From a virus (taxonomy: Duplodnaviria > Caudoviricetes), in IMG/VR virus record IMGVR_UViG_3300025168_000093, positions 1 to 59,526 of that record: a DNA stretch of 59,526 nucleotides, one strand, 5' to 3'. This document shows, in pieces, positions 7,316 to 16,243 of this stretch. Made by a program: the position numbers and the translations under genes. Below the pieces are notes generated by a model. The model was not told the origin of the DNA, did not search any database, and saw only the letters and a list, made by a program, of their open reading frames with translations. The first letter of the stretch is position 1; every line of letters begins with the position of its first letter.

Positions 7316-9645
7316 GTATTAGTTTCAATAATATCATTCGTAAAAGCGATGGTAATTACATCTTTTGGAATGGTCAACAGAGAACACAAAGACATCCTCC
7401 GAGTGAACACATAGAGTCAAATTCATTGGGTTGGGATTTTCCTCCTTTTGCACATACAGGAGAAGCACACGAACATGAAACTGGAGAACAAGGTGTTGGT
7501 CATCTAATCAAAGGTGAATACGAAGTAGGTCCTCATGGAGAAGTTATTTACAAAGATGAAATGGGTGGTTTACATTTTCATGGTATAGATGCTTTTATGC
7601 ATGGTCTTGGTAACTTTTTAGAGAAGTCAGGTTTCAAAAAATCCGGCGATAAAGAATTAGTACCATCTTTAATGCAAGAGGCCATAACAGCAACAAATGC
7701 TAAACATGGTAAAGATAATCAAATACCTGATGTTTTAGATAAGGCTCATAGAAGAGTCGTCATTAGTGATTATCAAGGACCCGGCCATGATACTGGTAGG
7801 GCTTCACCTAGAAAACATTATGTAGATATTAATGGTGTAAGGGAGTTTATTACTGGTTATACTAATTATCATAAAAATACATCACGACATGGAACTTTTC
7901 TAGATTCTGTATCTGCCCCATATCAATATGACATGTTAAAAATTCTAGGTCAACGATTTGGAATTAGTAACGCGAATAAAGAATTAGATACTCCTGCAAC
8001 AAATTTCTTGGTTAGACCGCATATTACTAGAAACCATATGTCTTTTGGATATGCGCCCCCATCAGAAAAAAACCCACAAGGTGCCTATTATAGGAATGGA
8101 AATAATTATCCAACGGGTCATTTTGAACAACGAGGAAAATCTATTGCTAGTCAATCCTTTATGGACGGGTTAGAAGATGCGGGTATGCCTGTTCAACAGA
8201 AATTAGGTAAGGTATCATCTTATGGAATAGCCCATTGGTTACACGATGATTTTTACAGAAATCTATCTACGCATGGTACTAGTACAACACCATACAAAGA
8301 TAAAGGTGCCACAAGATTAGCCAATCAAGCGATAATGGATGCTATGGGTGGTGAGGGTAACATGGAGGGTTTAGTTAATAGGAGAGTTAAACAAACTATG
8401 CTTCCATCACAACATCCTGCTTTAATGAATACCTTATTGCCGAGCGGTACGCCTTTAGGGATTTTATTACAAAATGAGGAAAGTAGAAAGTCTCTTTTGG
8501 CTTCATTAAGTAAGAATCCGGCTTTCATGAAAATATTTGGCAAAACGGATAAAAACTCTCCGGCGGGTAGAATGATGGCGGCATCTGTAAAACACCACAC
8601 AGGACAAGACGTAGACCCTGAAAACATAGTTGAAGAATTAGGTTTAGATGGTTATAGAAAACACATAGGTACAGAATATGATACAATCGGTGGTAAGACG
8701 GGAAGAAATCATAGAGCAGCAGATGCTTATGCATTAGCAATTGCAGCAGGTAAAGACGAAAATATGGGAGATTCACCCGGTAATTCTAAATTTAGAAGCA
8801 CTAGAATACCGGAAGAACTTTTACAACAACACGGCCTTAGTTTAGTAAATACTAGTGACGAAGAGTTACAAATGACAAGAAGTGTTATCGAAGCAATGAG
8901 TGAGTATTTGGCTGATGCACACGGACACGAATCAAGAATGAGTTTTCCTAATGAATTACCTACAGAACCTTTAGTAACTCATCATGTTGGTGGCTCGGAT
9001 GCTACAGGAGTGCCTTTATCTCCTTATGTTAGATATTCACCAATTTTACCAACTACTGTTGCAGATGAAACCACACAAGCAATGAATAGAGATGCACAAA
9101 CAACACAAATGGTACAACCTCCTGTGCAACCCCCTGTGCAAAACACAATTGCACAACCTGCACAAAACAGACAACTTACGCCGGAACAAATAACTGCTGC
9201 ACGCACATCCGCTGCTAATATGACGGATGAGCAATTGAGAAGAATTGCCGCCGCCGGTGGTGGTAATATGACTACTCAAGGTAATATAGACCGTTTTAGA
9301 AGTGCTTATGGTGACCCCGACCAAAGAATGATTACTGAGTATATGAAATCACTAGGTGATGGGATAGAAGCACAGGACAGACTCATCAAAACTATGGAAA
9401 GATTACAAATGAAAGATGCTATAGTAGATGATAATATTATGAAGCATATTCCTGAAAGAAATTTTTCTATGACATCTCCTAATGACGTTTCGTTAATGGC
9501 TAAGAAATTAGGCTTAACTGCACAAGATATCAGACTCATAAATAATTCAAAAGGAGATTGGTTGCGTTTAAGCAAAGCCTTTGGTTTTCAAGAAAGGGAT
9601 ATAAAAATCGTTAAAGTAACATTCAGGGGTAATCCAAATGAGTAG
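7312..9645 (+). CDS. Large hypothetical protein, putative head-associated
   Basis: 777 aa; IIRKS near the N-terminus, EYMKS before a helical HTH-like C-terminal domain (LMAKKLGLTAQDI). Confidence 0.65.
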   Translation: MSISFNNIIRKSDGNYIFWNGQQRTQRHPPSEHIESNSLGWDFPPFAHTGEAHEHETGEQGVGHLIKGEYEVGPHGEVIYKDEMGGLHFHGIDAFMHGLGNFLEKSGFKKSGDKELVPSLMQEAITATNAKHGKDNQIPDVLDKAHRRVVISDYQGPGHDTGRASPRKHYVDINGVREFITGYTNYHKNTSRHGTFLDSVSAPYQYDMLKILGQRFGISNANKELDTPATNFLVRPHITRNHMSFGYAPPSEKNPQGAYYRNGNNYPTGHFEQRGKSIASQSFMDGLEDAGMPVQQKLGKVSSYGIAHWLHDDFYRNLSTHGTSTTPYKDKGATRLANQAIMDAMGGEGNMEGLVNRRVKQTMLPSQHPALMNTLLPSGTPLGILLQNEESRKSLLASLSKNPAFMKIFGKTDKNSPAGRMMAASVKHHTGQDVDPENIVEELGLDGYRKHIGTEYDTIGGKTGRNHRAADAYALAIAAGKDENMGDSPGNSKFRSTRIPEELLQQHGLSLVNTSDEELQMTRSVIEAMSEYLADAHGHESRMSFPNELPTEPLVTHHVGGSDATGVPLSPYVRYSPILPTTVADETTQAMNRDAQTTQMVQPPVQPPVQNTIAQPAQNRQLTPEQITAARTSAANMTDEQLRRIAAAGGGNMTTQGNIDRFRSAYGDPDQRMITEYMKSLGDGIEAQDRLIKTMERLQMKDAIVDDNIMKHIPERNFSMTSPNDVSLMAKKLGLTAQDIRLINNSKGDWLRLSKAFGFQERDIKIVKVTFRGNPNE

Positions 9646-10327
9646 TGTTTACGTCCTTAAAAAAAATGCAAGTATGAACGTGACACCGAGTGGTGCGCCT
9701 AGTCTGCAAGTAAATCTTGGTGGAGAAGGTAAAAAAATCAATTATTCTGATATGAGTCCAGCGGCTGCAAATTGGGGTAGAGGGGCTAGATATGCTGCTG
9801 CTATTCCGGCTGCTTGGTCAGCGTTGTCTACTTTAGCAGGTGATGGTCGAGAAGATTTATTCACTACTTTAGGTCAAGCGGGGCTTTCTGCATCAGCAAC
9901 GCACAATATTGCTAGAAGTGCATTAGAACCCGCCGCTGCAAGATTTGGAGAGAGAAGAAATTTTAAAAATAATCCTAGCCATTACAAAGATGGAAAATAC
10001 GTTGGACCACCATCGCCGCTACCTACACCACCACCGCCGCAAAATAGTTCCGGCACAACTCCTATTGCTTTACCTCAAGGGAATAGCGAATTGACGAATT
10101 ACACAAGTCAACCAATAAAAATGATAGAAAAGCCTGATGGTTCTTTCGGATATCCTTCTACGGATAACATGAATCAAGAGGCTGTTAAACAAAGTAGTTT
10201 GTTGCAAAATAACCCTGTTTTACCTCCACCTAAAGGTGCTACTAATCAAAATAATGAGGACCCTTTTCAGACTTCTATGAACGTCATGGACCAATCTAGA
10301 AGGAATATGAACAATAGTAACGGGTAG
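9638..10327 (+). CDS. Hypothetical protein with Pro/Asn-rich C-terminus
   Basis: 229 aa, overlapping both neighbours in the operon. Confidence 0.65.
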   Translation: MSSVYVLKKNASMNVTPSGAPSLQVNLGGEGKKINYSDMSPAAANWGRGARYAAAIPAAWSALSTLAGDGREDLFTTLGQAGLSASATHNIARSALEPAAARFGERRNFKNNPSHYKDGKYVGPPSPLPTPPPPQNSSGTTPIALPQGNSELTNYTSQPIKMIEKPDGSFGYPSTDNMNQEAVKQSSLLQNNPVLPPPKGATNQNNEDPFQTSMNVMDQSRRNMNNSNG

Positions 10328-11811
10328 TGACCATCATGGCAACAGATGATATGAAAGATTTCGTCCTAGAAATGGACAGAAAAATGTCTGAAAAGTCTTT
10401 TCATTATTTTTTTACAGATGTTCTAGGTTTTTTATACAATCATCATCATGAATCTTGGAAAGAAGGTTTAGAAGAATCTCAATACTATTGTGTTAAGGCT
10501 TCACGTGACCATGGAAAATCTGTATTTTTTATGTCGTATGCTTTATGGTTAGCAGCATTTAATCCTAATACACACATCATGATTTTCTCTCACTCTTTGG
10601 AGCAAACACTAGAGCATATGAGATTTATTAAGGGTAATATAGAAAGTACAGAAATGTTAAGAGATTTAGTACCTAAAGGTAGACCATGGGCTAAATCGTA
10701 TTTTGAATTTTCTAATGGTTCTCGTATTATGGCTAAATCGGTTGGGGGTGCAACACGTGGTTTCCATCCTGACGTAGTTGTGTGTGATGATATTCTTTGG
10801 GGTACTAGCGGTACTGAACTATCAAAAACTGCTGATTGGTTCTATGGTGTTTTGTTGCCAGTTCTTCATCACACTTCAAGACTGATGATGGTGGGTACAC
10901 CATTTAGTTACAATGATTTATATGCTGATTTGGAAAAGAAAGAAACATTCAGAGTAGAAACATATCCAGCCATTGATAGAGAAGGGGTCGCTATGTGGCC
11001 TGAACGTTGGAACTTGGAAGCACTACAACAAAGAAGATTATCTATGCCTGCTATACAATTTTCACGTGAGTATTTATGTGAACCAATTCATGACGTTGCA
11101 AGTATGTTCCCTATGGATATTTTAGAATTAGCAAGAGACCCTGAATTAAAATTAATGGATAGAGCAGAAACTGGTTACAATGAAGATGGAGAGCCGGATG
11201 GCGTATGGGGTCAGCACTTCATAGGTCACGACCCTGCTATATCTTCTGATAAGAATGCAGACTTTACAGCGATGATTGTTATGAGAATGTTACCGAATGA
11301 ACCGATAAAGCAATTGATACACGTTGTGCACGAAAGAGGAATGTCTTCTTTGGCACAGAAGAGAATGATGGTTATGCTTAACAGTAGATTTCAGCCCGAT
11401 TTAATAGAACTTGAAGGGAACAATTTTCAGCGTATGTTAGAAGCAGAGATGCGTGAAATGTCAGCAGATATGCCTATTAGAATTTTTATGACCACACGGA
11501 CAAAAAAAGAATCACTTTTCATGTCTCTTCTATTAGCCTTTGAACAAGGATATATCAAAACTCCATATGGAGATAAGAAATCACAAGAATTCACACATCA
11601 GTTGGAAGAACAATTAAATCGTTTTGGTATGCAAAAGAATGGACGTTTGGAATCCGTTGGTGTACATGACGATTTAGCCATGGGGCTTGCTTTGGCTAAT
11701 TGGGCAACTAAAGAATTCAAAGGTTCGGTTATACTTTTAGACGATGTAATGGAGAACTTCGATGGGTGGTTTGATGGGAATGCTAAAAGCCGAGGTTGGA
11801 TGGTGCCATGA
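10327..11811 (+). CDS. terL: Terminase large subunit
   Basis: Walker A-like KASRDHGKS, Walker B VVVCDD, motif III VGTP, RNase H-like nuclease GHDPA ... HDDLAMGLALA. Start may be ATG10336. Confidence 0.95.
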   Translation: MTIMATDDMKDFVLEMDRKMSEKSFHYFFTDVLGFLYNHHHESWKEGLEESQYYCVKASRDHGKSVFFMSYALWLAAFNPNTHIMIFSHSLEQTLEHMRFIKGNIESTEMLRDLVPKGRPWAKSYFEFSNGSRIMAKSVGGATRGFHPDVVVCDDILWGTSGTELSKTADWFYGVLLPVLHHTSRLMMVGTPFSYNDLYADLEKKETFRVETYPAIDREGVAMWPERWNLEALQQRRLSMPAIQFSREYLCEPIHDVASMFPMDILELARDPELKLMDRAETGYNEDGEPDGVWGQHFIGHDPAISSDKNADFTAMIVMRMLPNEPIKQLIHVVHERGMSSLAQKRMMVMLNSRFQPDLIELEGNNFQRMLEAEMREMSADMPIRIFMTTRTKKESLFMSLLLAFEQGYIKTPYGDKKSQEFTHQLEEQLNRFGMQKNGRLESVGVHDDLAMGLALANWATKEFKGSVILLDDVMENFDGWFDGNAKSRGWMVP

Positions 11812-11814
11812 GGG

Positions 11815-11910
11815 ATGAAGATGAAAGAGAACGACGAAAAAGATAATTTTTATGATAACACCACTTATATTGCTAACGAATATAACCTAAATAGAACTAA
11901 GTGGAATTGA
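11815..11910 (+). CDS. Possible 31-aa small ORF (MKMKENDEKDNFYDN...)
   Basis: Hand-translated; fills the terL-LAGLIDADG gap exactly; below the ORF-track cutoff. Confidence 0.3.
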   Translation: MKMKENDEKDNFYDNTTYIANEYNLNRTKWN

Positions 11911-11915
11911 TATTA

Positions 11916-13067
11916 ATGAATGATTTATTCTCTTCAACTGGTGAAGGTTGGTTTGAATCTCATTTAGGTTGTAGTGCTAACGACATAGTAAAGAGATTAA
12001 GAAAATCTAGAAGAATAAATAAATTTCAAAAACATGACATAGATGATATCATAAATGATGTAAGGACTATAAAAGCCTTAGAATTTGATAAAACTTTAGA
12101 TATGCATGGATGGATAAACAAAGAAGATTTTGCTAAAACTATACGCTCTTTTGGTCCGAGTGCTAAAGACCTCAAAGCGCTTAGGAAATTTGGTGATTCA
12201 AGACAAGTGAATTTAATTCGCGCTTGTAATCAATGGGAGCAAGCCAATAACATAGTTAAGATGTTAGGGGAACACGAAGGGGTTTGGGGGCAAGAAGAAA
12301 AAGATTCATGGGTTAAAGCAATGGACGAAAAAAAAAGTGCAAAATTAATTTGGAAGAACACTTTGCATCAAATGGATAGACTTACAGAAAAAGAAACTAT
12401 AGCACTAAAAAAAAGTGCAGAAGTTTTAGAATTTAAAGGACCCATGAGTGGTAGAAGTTTGTTTGAAAATCTTTATGAGAAAAAGATTTTACACAAAAGT
12501 ATGACTCCTATGAAACTTTCAAAACTGATTAGTATGTATGGGGAAGAGGTAGATATTATCGACGGTGCTACAAGGTCTACTTTTGTAAAAATGAATTCAC
12601 ACGGTTTAATTTTGAAAGACCCTTATGCTTATGCTAGTGGTTTTTTGGACGCTGATGGATATATCAGCATCACAGGACGTGGAGAACCAAGATGTGGTTT
12701 CATCGCTACAGGTACTAGAGGTAGAGCCCATTGTGAACATTTACAAAAAACTCTTGATTGTGGTATATTACAACTCGACCAAAAAATATACAAAGACGGC
12801 CAAAGGTCCCAACATAGATTACAATTCTATTCCAAGAACGATATTAGAAAGTTACTAACTGCTTTATTACCTCATTTACAAATGAAGAAAACACAGGCCA
12901 AAGCAGTGCTTGCTTATATTGATGAAGGGGATTCAATGCGTAAAGAAGAACTTAAAAAATTAGTTAAATATAGCAATTGGTCGGACGATACATCAAAAGC
13001 CGATTCGCTTCTCGCCGAATGGGGAGTAGACAGAGACGCTGTGAATAAGTGGACGGAGGGATTGTAA
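11916..13067 (+). CDS. LAGLIDADG endonuclease-domain protein with long N-terminal helical extension
   Basis: YASGFLDADGYISI motif followed by typical LAGLIDADG strands (HRLQF ... LLPHLQMKK). Track start GTG11901; ATG11916 is in frame. Confidence 0.85.
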   Translation: MNDLFSSTGEGWFESHLGCSANDIVKRLRKSRRINKFQKHDIDDIINDVRTIKALEFDKTLDMHGWINKEDFAKTIRSFGPSAKDLKALRKFGDSRQVNLIRACNQWEQANNIVKMLGEHEGVWGQEEKDSWVKAMDEKKSAKLIWKNTLHQMDRLTEKETIALKKSAEVLEFKGPMSGRSLFENLYEKKILHKSMTPMKLSKLISMYGEEVDIIDGATRSTFVKMNSHGLILKDPYAYASGFLDADGYISITGRGEPRCGFIATGTRGRAHCEHLQKTLDCGILQLDQKIYKDGQRSQHRLQFYSKNDIRKLLTALLPHLQMKKTQAKAVLAYIDEGDSMRKEELKKLVKYSNWSDDTSKADSLLAEWGVDRDAVNKWTEGL

Positions 13068-14788
13068 TGGCAGATAATGATGATGGTGGTAGAATTGCGA
13101 ATTTCCTATATGGTTTAGGTGATAGATTTCGTAGAAGACAAACACCTGAACCTACTATGGCATTGAATGTCACAGGTATTCAAGAACCAGTGTTGGCACA
13201 AGGTATTACAATACCTGCTTTATATGCAGTTACAAATGAAAATCTTGTATTGCGTACCATTGTATCAAAATTAAAACAAGAGATATTTAGAAGAGGATAT
13301 TATTTTGAAAAGAAGTTTCATTTTAAGTGCGATAGTTGTCAAGAAGAATATAGTGATTCAGTAGAGCAGTGTAAATTATGTGGTGGTGAAGTTAGAAAAC
13401 CTGATGTTGAACAATTACTATATCCGAAAACAGTTATTGAAGGTACAAATTCTATGGAACAATCTTTCATACAAGTGCTATATGAAATAGAACACGATTT
13501 GAATGTGGTAGATGATGCATTTTTAGTTATAGTAAAAGAATATTATGTGGACCCTGAAACTGGCGACATGATGTTCTATAGAGTTAAAGAAGTTATTAGA
13601 GGTAATCCAATTTTTATGAGAATTGTATCTGATAAACGTGGTGTTCGTGGCGGTCGTTACAAAGTTTGTCCTTTACATAGAGACCAAATATCTTATCCGG
13701 GTCAAGAAGAAGTTTGTGAAGTTTGTAATAATAAAATGCAAGATGTGCATTATGTCAACATGGTTGGTAGCGGTAAGACTCAATATTATATCGAAGGTGA
13801 AGTTATTCACGTATCAAAATATAATCCATCAAGACTCTACGGTAAAAGCCCTGTAAACTCAATGTGGAGGCAAGCAATGTCTCTAACCGCTATGGATAAT
13901 TATATCTATACCTCATATCAGAAAAGAAGAATGCCTAAAGGCATAATCTCTGTAACTACTGATAATTTAGAATCAATGAAATCATTTTGGAAAGCAGTGG
14001 ATGAGAAGATGGAAAGGGACCCACATTACATACCAAAAGTTGGTATTGAAAGTCAGACCGGTAGAGGTGGTGTAAACTGGGTTAAATTTATGGACACACT
14101 GGATGAAATGCAATACTCAGCAGTACGTGATGAAATACGCGCACGTATGTCTGCATTCTATGGTGTGAGCAATGTCTTTATGATTGATAATGGAAAATCA
14201 GGTGGTCTTGGAAATAACGGATTAGAAATTCTAGTGACTAACAGGTCCGTAGAATTCGGTCAAAAAGTATACACACAAGTATTATTTCCTAGACTTTTAG
14301 AACAATTTGGTGTTACAGATTGGAAAATTACTCTTTATCCTAACGAAGAAGAAGATGAAATCACTAGACTGCGCCGCGATGAGATGGAAGTTAATTTGGC
14401 TCAACGTATGATGATGCTTGGATATAAACCTGAATTATTAGAAGAAGGCGGTAACAGAGATATCCGATTCGTATATAGCAAGTTACCTGATAACGGAGGC
14501 GGAGCACCGCCCGCAGGAGGCGGTATGCCACCCGGTATGCCACCCGGTATGCCACCCGGTATGCCACCAATGGCTGCACCACCACCGGGCGGAGCACCAA
14601 TGCCTTCACCTATGCCCGGAGGTCAAGGAGTAGGACTCAGGAACAGAGGACCAGCGAGCCCTGATACTAGAACTACAGCCGGTACAGGTTCACCTATGTC
14701 TAGTGTTCAACAGAGAGGACCTATGCCTACTCAACAACAGAAAAATCAGGACCAAATATCCAACGCAGGCCGTTTAAGGGGCGCATAA
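13067..14788 (+). CDS. Portal protein with two Zn-ribbon insertions and Pro-rich tail
   Basis: Portal-like motifs (DLNVVDDAFLVI, EVIHVS..PSRLYGKSP, ARMSAFYGVSNVF); position after terL; ATG overlaps the upstream TAA. Confidence 0.9.
   Translation: MADNDDGGRIANFLYGLGDRFRRRQTPEPTMALNVTGIQEPVLAQGITIPALYAVTNENLVLRTIVSKLKQEIFRRGYYFEKKFHFKCDSCQEEYSDSVEQCKLCGGEVRKPDVEQLLYPKTVIEGTNSMEQSFIQVLYEIEHDLNVVDDAFLVIVKEYYVDPETGDMMFYRVKEVIRGNPIFMRIVSDKRGVRGGRYKVCPLHRDQISYPGQEEVCEVCNNKMQDVHYVNMVGSGKTQYYIEGEVIHVSKYNPSRLYGKSPVNSMWRQAMSLTAMDNYIYTSYQKRRMPKGIISVTTDNLESMKSFWKAVDEKMERDPHYIPKVGIESQTGRGGVNWVKFMDTLDEMQYSAVRDEIRARMSAFYGVSNVFMIDNGKSGGLGNNGLEILVTNRSVEFGQKVYTQVLFPRLLEQFGVTDWKITLYPNEEEDEITRLRRDEMEVNLAQRMMMLGYKPELLEEGGNRDIRFVYSKLPDNGGGAPPAGGGMPPGMPPGMPPGMPPMAAPPPGGAPMPSPMPGGQGVGLRNRGPASPDTRTTAGTGSPMSSVQQRGPMPTQQQKNQDQISNAGRLRGA
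14522..14569 (+). repeat. 12-bp coding tandem repeat (GGTATGCCACCC x4; GMPP)
   Basis: Read directly; lies in the portal C-terminal tail. Confidence 0.9.
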
Positions 14789-14821
14789 GTAATATACCAC
14801 TGTAGGAGTGGAACCTACGAG

Positions 14822-15190
14822 GTGTTAGACGTGGACTTGACAAAGATGGACCCAATGGCTCGCAAAATGAATGTGCATATGGATGAATTAAATAAAGCAT
14901 TAGAGGTAAATGACTCTTCTGCTACTAGATATCATTTGAATGAAATTACAAAATATGCTGACTTCTTACAATCCGATTTAACTAGAGAAATTCGTAAGTC
15001 AGAAGAAACACCTGTTCCTGAAGGAGTAGAACAATTTGCTGGCGGAGTTCCAGTAATGAAATTTAATGAAGATGGTACTAAATTTGATACTACACAAAGA
15101 AACCGTGTAATACCGGGGACTATCATATCAGCAAGAACTAGCCCTAACATGAGAAACAACACAGGAACTTTTGGTCGTTGGTCTAATTAA
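14822..15190 (+). CDS. Hypothetical head-module protein
   Basis: 122 aa (probable start GTG14831 after GAGGTG); contains EIRKS. Confidence 0.7.
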   Translation: MLDVDLTKMDPMARKMNVHMDELNKALEVNDSSATRYHLNEITKYADFLQSDLTREIRKSEETPVPEGVEQFAGGVPVMKFNEDGTKFDTTQRNRVIPGTIISARTSPNMRNNTGTFGRWSN

Positions 15191-15199
15191 GGTGATTAG

Positions 15200-15532
15200 A
15201 TGACTACTGAAGAAGCAGAAATTAGTTCAACACAGAAACTAATGGAAACCCTCATCAATAAGATGGAGTCTATGGATTCTAAATTAACTAATATGGAACA
15301 ACAGTTAAATTCACCTAATCGTCTATTAAGAAAAGCAGGTTATGTTGCTATGAGAACACCAATAGCAGAAGATGTAGGACCTGATGGTTTTAGAGGAGAG
15401 TTACCTGATGATGTAGGTGTTTTCGCAAAGTCATCACAAAAAGATTTCTCAAATCAACAGATTCACGAAATGTCATGGGAAGAAATTCACGATATGGCAG
15501 AATCGGCTCAACCCACTACGGAGATGTATTAA
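15200..15532 (+). CDS. Small scaffold-like protein
   Basis: AGGTGA RBS; coiled coil; C-terminal IHEMSWEEIHDMAE is nearly identical to the protease-scaffold C-terminus MHKMSWDEVHQMAD. Confidence 0.65.
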   Translation: MTTEEAEISSTQKLMETLINKMESMDSKLTNMEQQLNSPNRLLRKAGYVAMRTPIAEDVGPDGFRGELPDDVGVFAKSSQKDFSNQQIHEMSWEEIHDMAESAQPTTEMY

Positions 15533-15533
15533 T

Positions 15534-16058
15534 ATGGCAGTTAGACCAATAAGAAGTGAAGCCTCTAACGAGGTTTTAGATTTACTAAAGAAAGCAAAAG
15601 CACTAGAAGAAAAAATAGTAAAAGCAAATATGTGTCCTTGCGGTAGTGGAAAACCTACAGCAAATTGTTGTCCTGATATGAAGAAAGAAAGAACCCATAA
15701 ACTCGGTAGTTTCACTCCGGGCGCAGGTGGTGTTAATGAAGGCTCATGTGCAGACGATTGTTGGTGTAAAAGTCCTCCGGGCGGAGCACCAATGCCCGAT
15801 GTATATGGAACAAATTCTTTAGAAAAAGCAAGCCCAGATTTCATTACAAGTTTTTCTACTGAACCTCAAGATGTTACTTTTGTATCGGAATCGGGCGGTC
15901 AAACAAGGAATGCTTACTATACAACCAACCAACATCTTTTAGATTCTACAGATATCGCTAATAAAGGAGCAAGAAGATTTAACGTAGATATAGCGGCCCT
16001 TTCAGATTCTGTAAATACACATGGACATCCTGTCAAGAGTCATTTGACGGAGGGATGA
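15534..16058 (+). CDS. Head-module protein with SEC-C-like Cys motif
   Basis: Probable start ATG15534 (track 15417); CPCGSGKPTANCC plus CADDCWC. Confidence 0.7.
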   Translation: MAVRPIRSEASNEVLDLLKKAKALEEKIVKANMCPCGSGKPTANCCPDMKKERTHKLGSFTPGAGGVNEGSCADDCWCKSPPGGAPMPDVYGTNSLEKASPDFITSFSTEPQDVTFVSESGGQTRNAYYTTNQHLLDSTDIANKGARRFNVDIAALSDSVNTHGHPVKSHLTEG

Positions 16059-16231
16059 GGTTGCCCAAAGTGGCAGTTAAAAAAGGCATTGCACAAATTC
16101 AAAAGTGCGATGCTTGTGGGGGAAATTCTTCTACTGGGTGTTTAGGACCTAATAGTGGTTCACCTTTACAAAATTGTAATGTATATTTAGAATCAAGTAG
16201 TAGGGGTAACGCAGGTCAGTTTCCAGTTTAG
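16055..16231 (+). CDS. 58-aa Cys-rich (CxxC...C...C) small protein missed by the ORF track
   Basis: ATGA overlap with the upstream stop; translation MRLPKVAVKKGIAQIQKCDACGGNSSTGCLGPNSGSPLQNCNVYLESSSRGNAGQFPV; fills the intergenic gap. Confidence 0.65.
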   Translation: MRLPKVAVKKGIAQIQKCDACGGNSSTGCLGPNSGSPLQNCNVYLESSSRGNAGQFPV

Positions 16232-16243
16232 GTATCGGGGGAG

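Noticed and set aside
11901-13067. LAGLIDADG as part of an intein or group I intron in terL or portal
   Set aside because: terL and portal are each complete, separate ORFs. The LAGLIDADG ORF has no N-terminal Cys/Ser or C-terminal His-Asn splice motifs.
14802-14818. Small inverted repeat GTAGG...CCTAC after the portal gene
   Set aside because: A 5-bp stem is expected by chance, and there is no U-tract.
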